Of a stretch of DNA of 64,000 nucleotides, positions 8,225 through 17,904 are shown in pieces. Position numbers and translations under genes: made by a program. Each line of letters starts with the position of its first letter. Position 1 is the first letter of the stretch. Under the pieces are notes generated by a model. It ran no database searches. It saw nothing but the letters and a program-made list of their open reading frames with translations, and was not told the DNA's origin. Source of the DNA: Solirubrobacterales bacterium (GTDB lineage Bacteria; Actinomycetota; Thermoleophilia; Solirubrobacterales; 70-9); assembly GCA_035689305.1 (NCBI GenBank), contig DASSLT010000033.1, positions 46,794 to 110,793 on the forward strand. Reading direction: 5' to 3'.

Positions 8225-8971
8225 CTAGCGAGCCAGGTAGCCGCCGTCGACGGGGAGGATCACGCCGGTGATGAAGGATGCGGCATCGGAGGCCAGGAAG
8301 CAGATCGCCTCTGCCACCTCGCTGGGCTCGCCCAGCCTTCCCATCGGGTGCGCGGCCCGCATCGGCTCGACGTAGTCGTCGGGCAGGGAGGCGACGGCCT
8401 CGGTCCGGATCGTCCCCGGGGCGACGGCGTTGACCCGGATCTTGCGCGGCGCCAGTTCGACCGCCAGGTGCTTGGTCAGGCCGGAGGCAACGAACTTGGC
8501 CGGGCCGTAGACGGCCTGGTTGGACTGGCCGGCGAGGCCGGAGATCGAGGAGAGGCAGATGATCGAACCACCCTCGGGACCCATCGCTTCGATCGCGAAC
8601 TTGCAGGTGAGGAACATCCCGCGGCCGTCGATCGCCATCACCTGGTCCCATTCCTCGGCGCCGGCCTGCTCGATGCCGCTGAGCGGGATGATCCCGGCGT
8701 TGGCGACGAGTGAGTCGAGGGCGCCGAAGCTCTCGATCGCAGCGGCGACGATGCGGCGCGCGTCGTCCTCGACGGAGACGTCGCCGACCACGGTGACGAC
8801 CTCGACGCCATCGCCCAAGCTCGCGGCGGCCTGCTCGAGGCCGGCCTCGTCGACGTCGTTGAGAACCAGCCGCGCTCCCTCGCGGGCGAAGAGCTCGGCG
8901 CTGGCGCGGCCGATCCCCTTGGCAGCGCCGGTGATGATCACCGACTTCCCGTCCACTCGTCCCGGACTCAT
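8225..8971 (-). CDS. SDR-family oxidoreductase
   Basis: TGAAKGIG cofactor motif, NAGI, and YGPAKF (YxxxK). Confidence 0.85.
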   Translation of the reverse strand: MSPGRVDGKSVIITGAAKGIGRASAELFAREGARLVLNDVDEAGLEQAAASLGDGVEVVTVVGDVSVEDDARRIVAAAIESFGALDSLVANAGIIPLSGIEQAGAEEWDQVMAIDGRGMFLTCKFAIEAMGPEGGSIICLSSISGLAGQSNQAVYGPAKFVASGLTKHLAVELAPRKIRVNAVAPGTIRTEAVASLPDDYVEPMRAAHPMGRLGEPSEVAEAICFLASDAASFITGVILPVDGGYLAR

Positions 8972-9145
8972 CTCGTGCTCACGCTAGTCGCTGGGCGATG
9001 CGGCTGCCTACCCCATTTGGGGGCTGCATCCGCGCTTCTCGCCGGATCTTCTCGTTCAGGATCGAGGAAACCGGCTTGCCAGCCGAAATAAGGCAGGAAT
9101 CCCATCGCGCCGCCCGGCGCTCGTCCAAGGAGTGTCTAGATTCCG

Positions 9146-9982
9146 ATGAACCCGTCCCGAAGGCTGCGTTCGCTCGTCCCCGTGGCGGCGGTCGCTCTGG
9201 TTGCCGTCGCTCTGCTGGCGCCGGCTGCCAAGGCCGCCAACATCCCGCCGCTCGTCACGACCGCGCAGTACAAGGCGCTGGTCAGCTTCGTCGAAAAACT
9301 CAACAAGCTCTCGAACACCCCGGCCACCGCCGCCCAGAAAGCCGGCTACGAGGGCCAGCTGGAGAACAAGCACGATGCCGCTGCGAACAAATCGGCCGCC
9401 CTCTTCAACCGCGGCAAGAAGGGCGCGCAGGCGGAATCGCAGCGGGCCGTCCAGCGGGGCGTGCGCACGGTTCGTACCACTGAGGCCGGGGAATTGGCCG
9501 CCCTGCGCAAGGATTACGACGCGCGGATGACCGAGGCCGCCAACAACTACGCGAAGGCGGTCGGCAAGCTCGAAGACGTCTACGACAGCCGCGCCGCGTC
9601 GCTGAAAAAACAGGTCAAACGCCTGCGCAAACAGAAGGCCAACGCCGAAAGCGCCGTGCAGAAAGAAGTGATCCAGGAAGCGATCGAACGGCGGGAGAAG
9701 CGGGGCAGCGAAGACCGCAGGGTGGAAAAGGAAGAACTTGCCGACCTGCGGAAGGGCTACAGCCGCGAAAAAGCCGCGATCCGCAGCGCCAAGGCGTCCG
9801 CCACCCAGAGCGTGCAGCAGAACGACCAGGAAGCGATCGAAACGCTGCGCAACCGCAACAAACAGATCTACAACACCAGGGTCCGCACGCTGCAGAGCCG
9901 GCGCGTGAACCAGCTCCACGATCTCGAAAACAAGCTCAACGTCGGCCGCGCCGCGATCACGCGGATGCCGGTCAGCAGCTGA
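9146..9982 (+). CDS. Secreted Ala/Lys/Glu/Arg-rich helical (coiled-coil-like) hypothetical protein
   Basis: Signal peptide [22 protein letters not shown]. The remainder is a charged heptad-like sequence. The gene uses many GAA/AAA codons. Confidence 0.6.
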   Translation: MNPSRRLRSLVPVAAVALVAVALLAPAAKAANIPPLVTTAQYKALVSFVEKLNKLSNTPATAAQKAGYEGQLENKHDAAANKSAALFNRGKKGAQAESQRAVQRGVRTVRTTEAGELAALRKDYDARMTEAANNYAKAVGKLEDVYDSRAASLKKQVKRLRKQKANAESAVQKEVIQEAIERREKRGSEDRRVEKEELADLRKGYSREKAAIRSAKASATQSVQQNDQEAIETLRNRNKQIYNTRVRTLQSRRVNQLHDLENKLNVGRAAITRMPVSS

Positions 9983-10000
9983 GCTCGAGCCGGGTCGGGC

Positions 10001-10354
10001 TCAGGCGGACTGCCAGAGCTCGACCCGGTTCCCCTCGGGGTCGGTGACCCAGCCGAAGCGGCCGACGCCCTCCATGTCCTGCGTCTCCGCGGCGACGTCG
10101 GCGCCCTTGGCGCGCAGTTGGGCGAGCATCGCGTCGAGGTCGCGGACGCGGAAGTTGAGCATCGTCTGCTGGGCGCGGGAGCCGAAGTACTCGGTCTCGG
10201 GCTCGAAGGTCGCGAACACCGTCAGCCCCTCTCCCTGGCGCCAGAGGCCGTTCTCGTCGGCGTCGAGGCCGAGGCAGTCGCGGTACCAGGCGCCTAGGGC
10301 CTGCGGGTCGGCGGCCCGCAGGAAGTAGCCGCCGATTCCGAGCACGCGCTCCAT
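10001..10354 (-). CDS. VOC/glyoxalase-family protein
   Basis: MERVLGIGGYFLRAADPQALGAWYRDCLGL...GRFGWVTDPEGNRVELWQ. The ATG is at 10354. Confidence 0.75.
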   Translation of the reverse strand: MERVLGIGGYFLRAADPQALGAWYRDCLGLDADENGLWRQGEGLTVFATFEPETEYFGSRAQQTMLNFRVRDLDAMLAQLRAKGADVAAETQDMEGVGRFGWVTDPEGNRVELWQSA

Positions 10355-11267
10355 GGCGCCATCTTGCCAGTCTTCGCCGATGGCTCGACCCGGAGACCTG
10401 CCTTCACCTGGCGCACTGGAGGAGGTTCGGCGCCTTGCCGGCCCTTCGGCCGCGATTGCGAGCGCCGTGCGCCTCGACGGCGGCCAGCACGCGGAGACCT
10501 GGAGGGTCGATACGGAGAACCCCGGGACCAGTGTCGTGGTCCGTCGGTTCCCGGTCGGCGACCCGGGGGCGTTGCATGAGCAGAAGGTGCTGCGGGCGCT
10601 CGGCGGGCTCGGCGGCATGGCGCCGGTCGCGCTCGGCGGCGATCTCGAGGGACGCTGGTCGGAGTACCCGACCTCCCTGATCAGCTGGGTCGACGGTCGG
10701 CCGGACATCACCCCGGCCGACCCGGAGGGGTGGGCGCGGGAGCTGGGCCGGGCGCTGGCGGTGGTACACGCCGTGCAAAGCGAGCGGCTGGCGGAGCTGC
10801 CGAGCGTGTTCGACGGCAGGGGCGGAGCTGAGGAGATCCTGGCTGGCCCGCTGGCGGCGGAGGCCCGGTCTCGATGGCCCGAGATCGTCGCGGCGCCGGA
10901 GGTGCTGACCCACAACGACTTCTGGTCGGGCAACGTCGTCTGGCAGGACGGCAGGGTCGCGGGGATCGTCGACTGGTCGGGAGCGTCCCGCGGTCCGCGC
11001 GGCTTCGACCTGGGCTGGTGTCGCCTCGACCTCGTCCTTCTCTTCGACCAGCGGATCGCCGACGAATTCGTCGCGGCCTACGAAGCGGCAGCCGGCCAGG
11101 CAGTCGGCGACGTCCGGCTCTGGGACTGCTGGGCCGCCGCCAGGTCCGAGGACGGGGTCGAGTCCTGGGTCCCGAACTACCGGCCGCTGGGCCGCGCCGA
11201 CCTCGATGCGGCGGAGCTGCGCCGCCGCCACGCGCAGTGGACGGCCCGCCTGCGGGAGGGGGTATAG
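10353..11267 (+). CDS. Aminoglycoside/choline-kinase-type phosphotransferase (APH family)
   Basis: LTHNDFWSGNVVW (HxDxxxxN) and IVDWSGASRGPRGFDL (DxD-type Mg site). An alternative ATG lies at 10380. Confidence 0.75.
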   Translation: MAPSCQSSPMARPGDLPSPGALEEVRRLAGPSAAIASAVRLDGGQHAETWRVDTENPGTSVVVRRFPVGDPGALHEQKVLRALGGLGGMAPVALGGDLEGRWSEYPTSLISWVDGRPDITPADPEGWARELGRALAVVHAVQSERLAELPSVFDGRGGAEEILAGPLAAEARSRWPEIVAAPEVLTHNDFWSGNVVWQDGRVAGIVDWSGASRGPRGFDLGWCRLDLVLLFDQRIADEFVAAYEAAAGQAVGDVRLWDCWAAARSEDGVESWVPNYRPLGRADLDAAELRRRHAQWTARLREGV

Positions 11268-11308
11268 GGGGCCGCGAACCGTTTTCCCGGATTCGGGCAA
11301 TAACTGGC

Positions 11309-11896
11309 ATGAGCGAAAACCAGACCGATGCCGAGGCAATCGCCGGCTCGCTGACAGAGCCGCGAGCTTTCGGCCTCGTCTTCGAACGCCACTTCGACCC
11401 GATCCACGGCTACCTGCGGCGTCGTTTCGACGACCAGCTTGCGGACGAGCTCACCGCCCAGACCTTTCTCGTCGCCTTCGACCAGCGCGCCCGCTTCGAC
11501 CAGGAGCGCTGGGACGCCCGGCCCTGGCTCTTCGGCATCGCCACCAACCTCGCCCACCGCCATCGCCGCAGCGAGCTGCGCGAGCTGCGGGCGATCGCCG
11601 CCATCACCCCGGACCCCAGTACCGGGCTCGAGGGAGTCGAGGCCCGGGTCGATGCCGAGCGGCTGCGGGGGCTGCTCGCCCAGGGCCTCGCCGACCTTCC
11701 CGCCGAGGAGTCCGACGTGCTCCGCCTGCTCGTCTGGGCCGAACTCGATCAGCCCGAGATCGCCGCCGCGCTCGCGATCCCGCTCGGCACCGTCAAGTCC
11801 CGGCTTTCCCGCGCCCGCGGGCGACTGCAGGTCGCGCTCGGGCTCAGCCCCGAGCGCGAACCTGCCCAACCCGAACCCAGCTCACCCCGGAGGTGA
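11309..11896 (+). CDS. ECF-type RNA polymerase sigma-70 factor
   Basis: Region 2 (DELTAQTFLVAF...RPWLFGIATNLAHRHRR) and region 4 (ESDVLRLLVWAELDQPEIAAALAIPLGTVKSRLSRARGRL). Confidence 0.85.
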   Translation: MSENQTDAEAIAGSLTEPRAFGLVFERHFDPIHGYLRRRFDDQLADELTAQTFLVAFDQRARFDQERWDARPWLFGIATNLAHRHRRSELRELRAIAAITPDPSTGLEGVEARVDAERLRGLLAQGLADLPAEESDVLRLLVWAELDQPEIAAALAIPLGTVKSRLSRARGRLQVALGLSPEREPAQPEPSSPRR

Positions 11897-11900
11897 CCCG

Positions 11901-13190
11901 ATGGACGACCTGACCCTGCTCGAGAGCTTCCGCGCCGAGCGCGCCGAGCCGGACGCGCAGGCCCGCGCCGAGATTTGGCGGGCGCTCGAGGACCGATTCG
12001 ATTCCGCGTCAGCGGTGCCTGATGCGGTCGCGGCCCCCGCACCGGTCCGGATCCGGGCCCGGCGCCGCCGGCACCTGCTCCGGCACCGTCGCTTCGTCGC
12101 CTTCGCCGGCGCGACGGCCGCCGCCGCGACGATCGCCGGGATCCTCGTGCTGGGTTCGGGGCCGACCGCCCAGCCTGCCGCCGCCGAGATCCTGCATGAG
12201 ACCGCCGCGGCGGCTGTGTCTCCTCGGGGGGCGGCGCCGGTCGTGGTGCCGGGACCCGGGCAGCTCCTCTTCACCAAGCTGAAGCGGCTCGAACTCCAGG
12301 GCTGGATCCCTGATTGCGACCCGCTGGGGGATCGGCCATGCGGGCTGATGGGCGGGACGATGAGCGGCGCCGATGCGTTCAACGCGCTGATGCCGATGAC
12401 GCAGGAGGATTGGCTCGGCGAGGGCGGCGTCGGCCGCTTGCGCCAGGTGGCGGGCGCCCCCCGGTTCCTGACCGAGGAGGAACGGAGCCGCTGGGAAGCG
12501 GCGGGGTCGCCGCTGCCGGCTCCCTTCGATCCCGGATATCAGGAAAAGGTCGCCGAGGCCCAGGGGGAAGAACCCCTTCCTCCCGGCTACGTGTCGAGGA
12601 CGCGCCAGGCAGGCCGGGGCGTGTACGACACCGAAACCGAAGTCGACCTCGCACAGCTGCAGGGGAAGGGCTTCCGCTTCCCCGACACGTCGCAGCTCCC
12701 GACCGACGCCGCGGCCCTGCGCAGCGCTGTCGAAAGCAACCGGATTCCGGTCCGCGGGTTCAACCTCATGTACCCGTCGGCGAAACGGCTCGACAGCGAC
12801 CAGACGACCGCCCAGCTGCTCAACATCCTGCAGGAAGGAAGCATCTCGATGACGCCGCGGCTGCGGGCGGCGCTGTTCAACGCCCTGGCCGAACTGCCCG
12901 GGATCGAGGTCAACCCCGACGCGACCGATTCCCTCGGCCGCCACGGCTACGCGATCCAGGCCAGGGGCACCGAATACGTCATCGACCCCGACACCGCGGA
13001 GCTTCTCGCCCAGCGCGAGTTCCTGACCAAGCCCGGGCAGAGCGCCTTCCTCGAGGGTCTGCCGGCCGGCTTCACGATCCGCGAAACCGCCTACCTGGAA
13101 TCCGGGATCGTCGACTCGACCAACGAAACCGCCGCCGAAGCGGAAGCGGGGGAACCGGTGGCGACCACCGGCCCCAGCTACCGCAAGTAG
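11901..13190 (+). CDS. Membrane-anchored ECF-partner protein (CU044_5270-like, putative anti-sigma/sensor)
   Basis: It begins MDDLTLLESFRAERAEPD, has one TM segment (FVAFAGATAAAATIAGILVLG), then a large extracytoplasmic domain. It starts 4 nt after the sigma gene stop. Confidence 0.6.
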   Translation: MDDLTLLESFRAERAEPDAQARAEIWRALEDRFDSASAVPDAVAAPAPVRIRARRRRHLLRHRRFVAFAGATAAAATIAGILVLGSGPTAQPAAAEILHETAAAAVSPRGAAPVVVPGPGQLLFTKLKRLELQGWIPDCDPLGDRPCGLMGGTMSGADAFNALMPMTQEDWLGEGGVGRLRQVAGAPRFLTEEERSRWEAAGSPLPAPFDPGYQEKVAEAQGEEPLPPGYVSRTRQAGRGVYDTETEVDLAQLQGKGFRFPDTSQLPTDAAALRSAVESNRIPVRGFNLMYPSAKRLDSDQTTAQLLNILQEGSISMTPRLRAALFNALAELPGIEVNPDATDSLGRHGYAIQARGTEYVIDPDTAELLAQREFLTKPGQSAFLEGLPAGFTIRETAYLESGIVDSTNETAAEAEAGEPVATTGPSYRK

Positions 13191-13229
13191 GGGTGGCGCG
13201 GGAGGCCGGGTGGTGAGAGGGTCTGATCC

Positions 13230-13853
13230 GTGGCAGCGATCGCAGTACATCGCTGGGCTCTGATCGGCGCGACCCTGATGCTGGCGATCGCGGTGCTGGT
13301 CCCCGCCCGGGCTGACGCCTTCGGCACCTTCGCCAACGGCGTCCTCACGGTCGAAGGCGGCGAGGGGAAAATCGTCCCCCGCTGCGCCGCTGACGGTGAA
13401 ATCACCGTCAGCGGCGTCTCCGTCGACAACGGCCCTGTCTACTGTCGCGACCTGAGGCGAATCGACGCTTCCGCTGGGGTCTCCACCCTCTACGACTTCT
13501 CGCAGCTGCCGGACAACCTCGGCGGCGGTCAGGGGCCGATCGAGATCCACGCCACCTCGACCGTGACCGACCCGACCGAATACGCCGACGACAAATTCAT
13601 CGGCGCACCGGGTCACGTCAACGTCTTCGATGGCGGGATCGGCTTCGACGCGATCATCGGCGGCAACCTCAACGACCGGCTGAGTGGGGGAGGGGACAGC
13701 GACAAGATCGAAGGCGGCCGCGGCGACGACGTCCTCCGCGGCGGTGCGGCGGGCGACAAGCTGCTCGGCGGGCCCGGTCGCGACGTCCTCAGGGGCGAAG
13801 GCGGCAACGACAAGCTGGTCGGCGGTCCCGGCAAGGACGTCGAAAAGCAGTAG
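13230..13853 (+). CDS. Secreted protein with RTX-type (GGxGxD) calcium-binding repeats
   Basis: N-terminal signal peptide (LIGATLMLAIAVLVPARADA). C-terminal repeats GGNLNDRLSGGGDSDKIEGGRGDDVLRGGAAGDKLLGGPGRDVLRGEGGNDKLVGGPGKD. Confidence 0.7.
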   Translation: MAAIAVHRWALIGATLMLAIAVLVPARADAFGTFANGVLTVEGGEGKIVPRCAADGEITVSGVSVDNGPVYCRDLRRIDASAGVSTLYDFSQLPDNLGGGQGPIEIHATSTVTDPTEYADDKFIGAPGHVNVFDGGIGFDAIIGGNLNDRLSGGGDSDKIEGGRGDDVLRGGAAGDKLLGGPGRDVLRGEGGNDKLVGGPGKDVEKQ

Positions 13854-13863
13854 CCGGCCGCGG

Positions 13864-15333
13864 TCAGGGGGAGGGCGGTCCGAACCAGGTGGTCAGGGCC
13901 TCGCCGAGACCCTCGTCCGTGCCCTCGCCGACCCAGGCGACGTGGCCGTCGGGCCGGATCAGGACGGCGCTGGGAGCGGGGACTGGGCCGAGGACCGGCA
14001 GCTCCCAGGCGCCGGCGTACTCGGCGTCGACGAGCTGGACCCGGTCGGCCCAGGGGGCGGCGTCGACGGCGCCGGGCTGACCGAGGTTGAGCAGCGCCGG
14101 CCGCGCCCGATGGAGGAGCGTGTAGACGCGCAGCGGCCCGTCGGCAGTCAGCAGATCGAGGTCGGGCATGCGGCGGCCGAGCAGCGGGTGGCCGTCGCCG
14201 AGGTCGTAGCGGATGTCGAGGCCGAGGAGCTGCGCAGCGAGGTGCTTGCGCGGCTCGTCCATCGCCGCCAGCTCGGTGAGCGTGTCGCGCAGGGCGTCGA
14301 TGCGGGCGTCGCCGCGCTGCAGCGCGGTCGCCGCCATAGTCCCCTGCAGGGAGCGCGCGGTGGGCGGGTGGCGCTCGGCCTGGTAGGTGTCGAGGAGGGC
14401 GGCGGGGGAGGTTCCCCTGACCACCTGCGCCAGCTTCCAGCCGAGGTTGACCGCGTCTTGGACGCCGTGCTGGAGCCCCTGGCCGCCCGCCGGGTAGTGA
14501 ACGTGCGCCGAGTCGCCGGCGAGCAGGACCCGTCCCTCGCGGTAGGAGGCCGCCTGCCGGGTCGTGTCGGTGAAGCGGGAGATCCAGGTCGGGCTGTGGG
14601 CGCCGAAGTCGGTTCCGTAGACGGCGGTCAGCTCCTCGCTGAGGTCGCCGAGGGTGGGCTCGCCACCGGTGGCGAGCTGGCGCTCGGCGATCACGATCCG
14701 CACCGGCCCGCCATCCTCGGTCGGGCCGATGCCGCTGATCCCGGCCGGGTTGTAGCGGATGCCCCACTCCGGCTCCTCGGCCGTCTCGACTTCGGCGATC
14801 AGGGCGCTCTTCGACGCGTCCCAGCCGGGGAAGTCGATGCCGGCCGCCTTGCGGATCCGGCTGCGGCCGCCATCGCAGCCGACCAGATAGCCGGCGCGCA
14901 GCGAGCGGCCGTCGGCCAGCGTCACGTCGATGCCGTCGTCGTCCTCGGCGAACCCCGTCACCTCCTGTCCGTGGTGGACCGGCACGCCCAGTTCGCCGAT
15001 CCACTCGCCCATGATCCGCTCGATGTGTTTCTGCCAGAGCCCGAGCACGTAGGGATGGCGGGTGGGGAAGTCGCTGAGGTCGAGGGTGGCCGCGGCGAAC
15101 ATCGCGACCGGGTGGGTCTGCCCCGCGGTGAGGAACCGCTCGGCGACGCCGCGCTGGTCGAGGATCTCGATCGTCCGCGAGTGCAGGCCTCCCGCCCGCG
15201 ACCCGGCGAGCTCCCGGTCGGGGCGCCGCTCGACGATCGCGACGTCGACCTCTGCGAGCGCCAGCTCGGCCGCCAGCGTCATCCCCGCCGGACCGCCGCC
15301 GGCGATCACCACCGCGTGCTCGTTCGCATCCAT
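13864..15333 (-). CDS. FAD-dependent aromatic-ring monooxygenase (PheA/TfdB-like)
   Basis: VVIAGGGPAGMTLAAEL dinucleotide fold and LAGDSAHVHYPAGGQGLQHGVQDAVNLGWKL. Confidence 0.85.
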   Translation of the reverse strand: MDANEHAVVIAGGGPAGMTLAAELALAEVDVAIVERRPDRELAGSRAGGLHSRTIEILDQRGVAERFLTAGQTHPVAMFAAATLDLSDFPTRHPYVLGLWQKHIERIMGEWIGELGVPVHHGQEVTGFAEDDDGIDVTLADGRSLRAGYLVGCDGGRSRIRKAAGIDFPGWDASKSALIAEVETAEEPEWGIRYNPAGISGIGPTEDGGPVRIVIAERQLATGGEPTLGDLSEELTAVYGTDFGAHSPTWISRFTDTTRQAASYREGRVLLAGDSAHVHYPAGGQGLQHGVQDAVNLGWKLAQVVRGTSPAALLDTYQAERHPPTARSLQGTMAATALQRGDARIDALRDTLTELAAMDEPRKHLAAQLLGLDIRYDLGDGHPLLGRRMPDLDLLTADGPLRVYTLLHRARPALLNLGQPGAVDAAPWADRVQLVDAEYAGAWELPVLGPVPAPSAVLIRPDGHVAWVGEGTDEGLGEALTTWFGPPSP

Positions 15334-15435
15334 TTACTCGCCTCCGTTTCCGTCGCTTCGGACTTGCGGCGGGCGTTTATACAGACGGCCTGGGGCTTGA
15401 AACAAGCCCCCCCATCGCATATAAATTGGGTGTGG

Positions 15436-15459
15436 AAAGGAGCCGGCGGGCTCCTTTTT
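15436..15459 (-). terminator. Hairpin at the 3' end of the methyltransferase gene
   Basis: AAAGGAGCC-ggcg-GGCTCCTTT lies immediately after the stop. The T-run is on the plus strand, so function on the minus strand is less certain. Confidence 0.35.
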
Positions 15460-16151
15460 CAGTTGGCGGCGCGGCCCCAGACCAGCGGCTTGACGATCGC
15501 CGGCATCGCCCGCCACCTGCCCCGTTCGAGCGACTCGACCTGCAGTTGGCCTTCGATCGTCGCCAGCGTCGGCCGGTCGCAGCGACAGCCGTCGGCGAAG
15601 GCGGCCCAGGCCCGCGCCGAGCGCCGCTGCAGCGCCCGTCGCCAGCCGGAGTCGGCGCCGACGTGCTCCAGGAAGAGCAGACGGCCTCCCGGTTTCAGGA
15701 CGCGGGCGATCTCGGCGACCGCGCGGGCGGGGTCGGAGACGGTGCAGAGGACGAGGGTCGAGACGACGGTGTCGAAGCTGTCGTCGGCGAAGGGGAGCTG
15801 CTCGGCGGCGGCACGGATCAGCTTGGTCGGGACGTCGGGCGGGGCCTTGGCGAGATCGATGCGGTCGGCCATCGGCTCGCCCGGCTCGACCAGAACGAGC
15901 TCTGCCAGCCCGGCCGGGTAGTGGGGGAGGTTGAGGCCGGTCCCGGCGCCGATCTCGAGCACGGTGCCGTCGGCCTCGGCCAGGAGGTTGCGCCGGCGCG
16001 CGGCCATGCCGAGCTTCTCACCGGCCCAGGTGAAGGGGACGTAGAGCGCCGCGGTGAAGCGGCTGCCGGCGACCTCGATGGTCTCGTGCGGGAGTGCGGT
16101 GGGGGGTGCGGCGTTCGGCATCGGATCGGCCTCCGGGTGGGTTGCGGTCAT
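15459..16151 (-). CDS. Class I SAM-dependent methyltransferase
   Basis: VLEIGAGTGLNL (motif I) and ARVLKPGGRLLFLEHV. The start is taken at MTATHPE (16151) rather than the track start at 16229. Confidence 0.8.
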   Translation of the reverse strand: MTATHPEADPMPNAAPPTALPHETIEVAGSRFTAALYVPFTWAGEKLGMAARRRNLLAEADGTVLEIGAGTGLNLPHYPAGLAELVLVEPGEPMADRIDLAKAPPDVPTKLIRAAAEQLPFADDSFDTVVSTLVLCTVSDPARAVAEIARVLKPGGRLLFLEHVGADSGWRRALQRRSARAWAAFADGCRCDRPTLATIEGQLQVESLERGRWRAMPAIVKPLVWGRAAN

Positions 16152-16251
16152 CGCCCTCGATTCAACCGCCGCGGGGGCGCCGCCGCTTCGCCTGTTCGGG
16201 CCAACTTGCGGATGGCCCGTTCCGGCCACTCGTTCGCTCTACGCTTGGCTG

Positions 16252-17304
16252 GTGGACGAGCAGGAGATCCGATTCACCGAGGAGGGCGGGCGCCGTATCG
16301 CCTGGGCCCGCAGCGGTGAAGGGCCGCCGCTGGTGCTCTGCGGTTGGTGGATGAGCCACCTCGAGCTGAATTGGCGCGATCCCCGCTTCCGCGCCTTCGT
16401 CGAAGCCCTCGGCCGGCACCGCACGGTGATCCGCTACGACGTGCCGGGGTCCGGAGTTTCCGCCGACGGCGCCGCTCCGGCGGGGACCGTCGCCGGCGAG
16501 GTGGCGGCGCTCGCCGCCGTGATCGAGGCCTGCGGTGCGCCGGCGGTCGACCTGATCGCCGCCTCCTCCGGCGCTCCGGTCGGGATCGCCTTTGCCGCCG
16601 AGCGGCCCGAGCGGGTGGAGCGGTTCGTCGTCTACGGCGGCTATGCCTCGGGGGCGGGGATCGCCGATGCGCGCGACCGCGAGGCGATGGTCGACCTGAT
16701 CCGCGGCCACTGGGGCCTGGGATCGCGGGTGCTGGCCGATGTCTTCATGCCCGACGCCGACGGGTCCGAGCGCGACGCCTTCGTCGCCTTCCAGCGCCAG
16801 GCAGCCAACGCCGAGCAGGCGGCAAGCTCACTCGACTCCGTCTACCGCTTCGACGTCGCCGCGCGCCTCGGCGAGGTGGCGACGCCCGCGGTCGTCATCC
16901 ACCGCCGCCAGGACCGGGCGATTCCGTTCGAGCTCGGCCGCGAGCTGGCCGCCGCCCTGCCGGAGGCGCGCTTCGTCGCCCTCGACGGCGCCGACCACTA
17001 TCCCTGGCTCGGTGACTCCGACGCGGTCCTGCGCGCCTGGCTCAGCGCACTCGGCGTCGAGGGGGACCTGGCGGCGGCGCCCGAGCTCGCCGATCGGGTG
17101 CCGGCCATGGAGCAGGAGCTGACCAGCCGCGAGATCGAAGTCCTGACCCTCGTCGCCGGCGGTCTCTCCAACAGCGAGATCGCCGAGCGCCTGGTCCTCA
17201 GTCCCCACACGGTTCATCGCCACGTCGCCAACGTCCGCACCAAGCTCGGGTTGCCGACCCGCGCCGCGGCGGTCGCGGCGGCGACGCGACGCGGCCTGCT
17301 CTGA
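16252..17304 (+). CDS. LuxR-family regulator with N-terminal alpha/beta-hydrolase-fold domain
   Basis: The C-terminus LTSREIEVLTLVAGGLSNSEIAERLVLSPHTVHRHVANVRTKLG is a LuxR/GerE HTH. The N-terminal ~280 aa have a hydrolase fold with a degenerate elbow (AASSGA). The start is uncertain: GTG 16252 is chosen to avoid overlap with the divergent gene, and the track start is 16054. Confidence 0.75.
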   Translation: MDEQEIRFTEEGGRRIAWARSGEGPPLVLCGWWMSHLELNWRDPRFRAFVEALGRHRTVIRYDVPGSGVSADGAAPAGTVAGEVAALAAVIEACGAPAVDLIAASSGAPVGIAFAAERPERVERFVVYGGYASGAGIADARDREAMVDLIRGHWGLGSRVLADVFMPDADGSERDAFVAFQRQAANAEQAASSLDSVYRFDVAARLGEVATPAVVIHRRQDRAIPFELGRELAAALPEARFVALDGADHYPWLGDSDAVLRAWLSALGVEGDLAAAPELADRVPAMEQELTSREIEVLTLVAGGLSNSEIAERLVLSPHTVHRHVANVRTKLGLPTRAAAVAAATRRGLL

Positions 17305-17895
17305 ATGCGGTTCACGCGCGCGGAACTGGAGGCCTACCGCGGCCACCGGGTCGACGATCTCGTCGGGCCCGGCCTGAAGCTGCTGTTCGTCGGCATCAAC
17401 CCGGGCCTGTGGACGGCGGCGGTGGCGACCCACTTCGCCCACCCCACCAACCGCTTCTATCCGGCGCTGGCCCTGGCCGGGATCACCGAGCACGAGGTCG
17501 ACCGGGTCGCCGGGATGACCGCGGACGATCGCGCCCAGCTGACCGCGCGGGGGGTCGGGATCACCAACCTGGTGCCGCTGGCGACGGCGCGCGCCTCCGA
17601 GCTGTCGCGGGCGGAACTGGAGGAAGGCGGCGAGCGGCTGCTGCGATTCGTCGCCGATCACCGGCCGCGGGTGGTCGCGATCGCCGGCGTCACCGCCTAC
17701 CGCGAAGCCTTCGGCATCCGCGACGCGGTCCTGGGCCGGCAGCCGGAGACGCTCGACAGCGCCCAGCGCTGGTCGGGGGCGGCGCTCTGGGTGGTCCCCA
17801 ACCCGAGCGGGCTCAACGCCCACGAGACGGTCGAGACTCTCGCCGCCGCCTACGCGGCACCGGCCGTCGAGGCCGGCGTCATCGTCGGCGCCTAG
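17305..17895 (+). CDS. mug: Mismatch-specific uracil/thymine DNA glycosylase (Mug/TDG, UDG family 2)
   Basis: LLFVGINPG motif near the N-terminus and VVPNPSGLN near the C-terminus. Confidence 0.8.
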   Translation: MRFTRAELEAYRGHRVDDLVGPGLKLLFVGINPGLWTAAVATHFAHPTNRFYPALALAGITEHEVDRVAGMTADDRAQLTARGVGITNLVPLATARASELSRAELEEGGERLLRFVADHRPRVVAIAGVTAYREAFGIRDAVLGRQPETLDSAQRWSGAALWVVPNPSGLNAHETVETLAAAYAAPAVEAGVIVGA

Positions 17896-17904
17896 ATTGG
17901 GCCG

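Noticed and set aside
15334-15459. Plus-strand sRNA ending at the hairpin plus T5 at 15436-15459.
   Set aside because: No convincing plus-strand promoter exists. The region is adequately explained as the terminator of the methyltransferase gene plus the promoter (TTGTTT-18-TATAAA on the minus strand) and 5' UTR of the monooxygenase gene.
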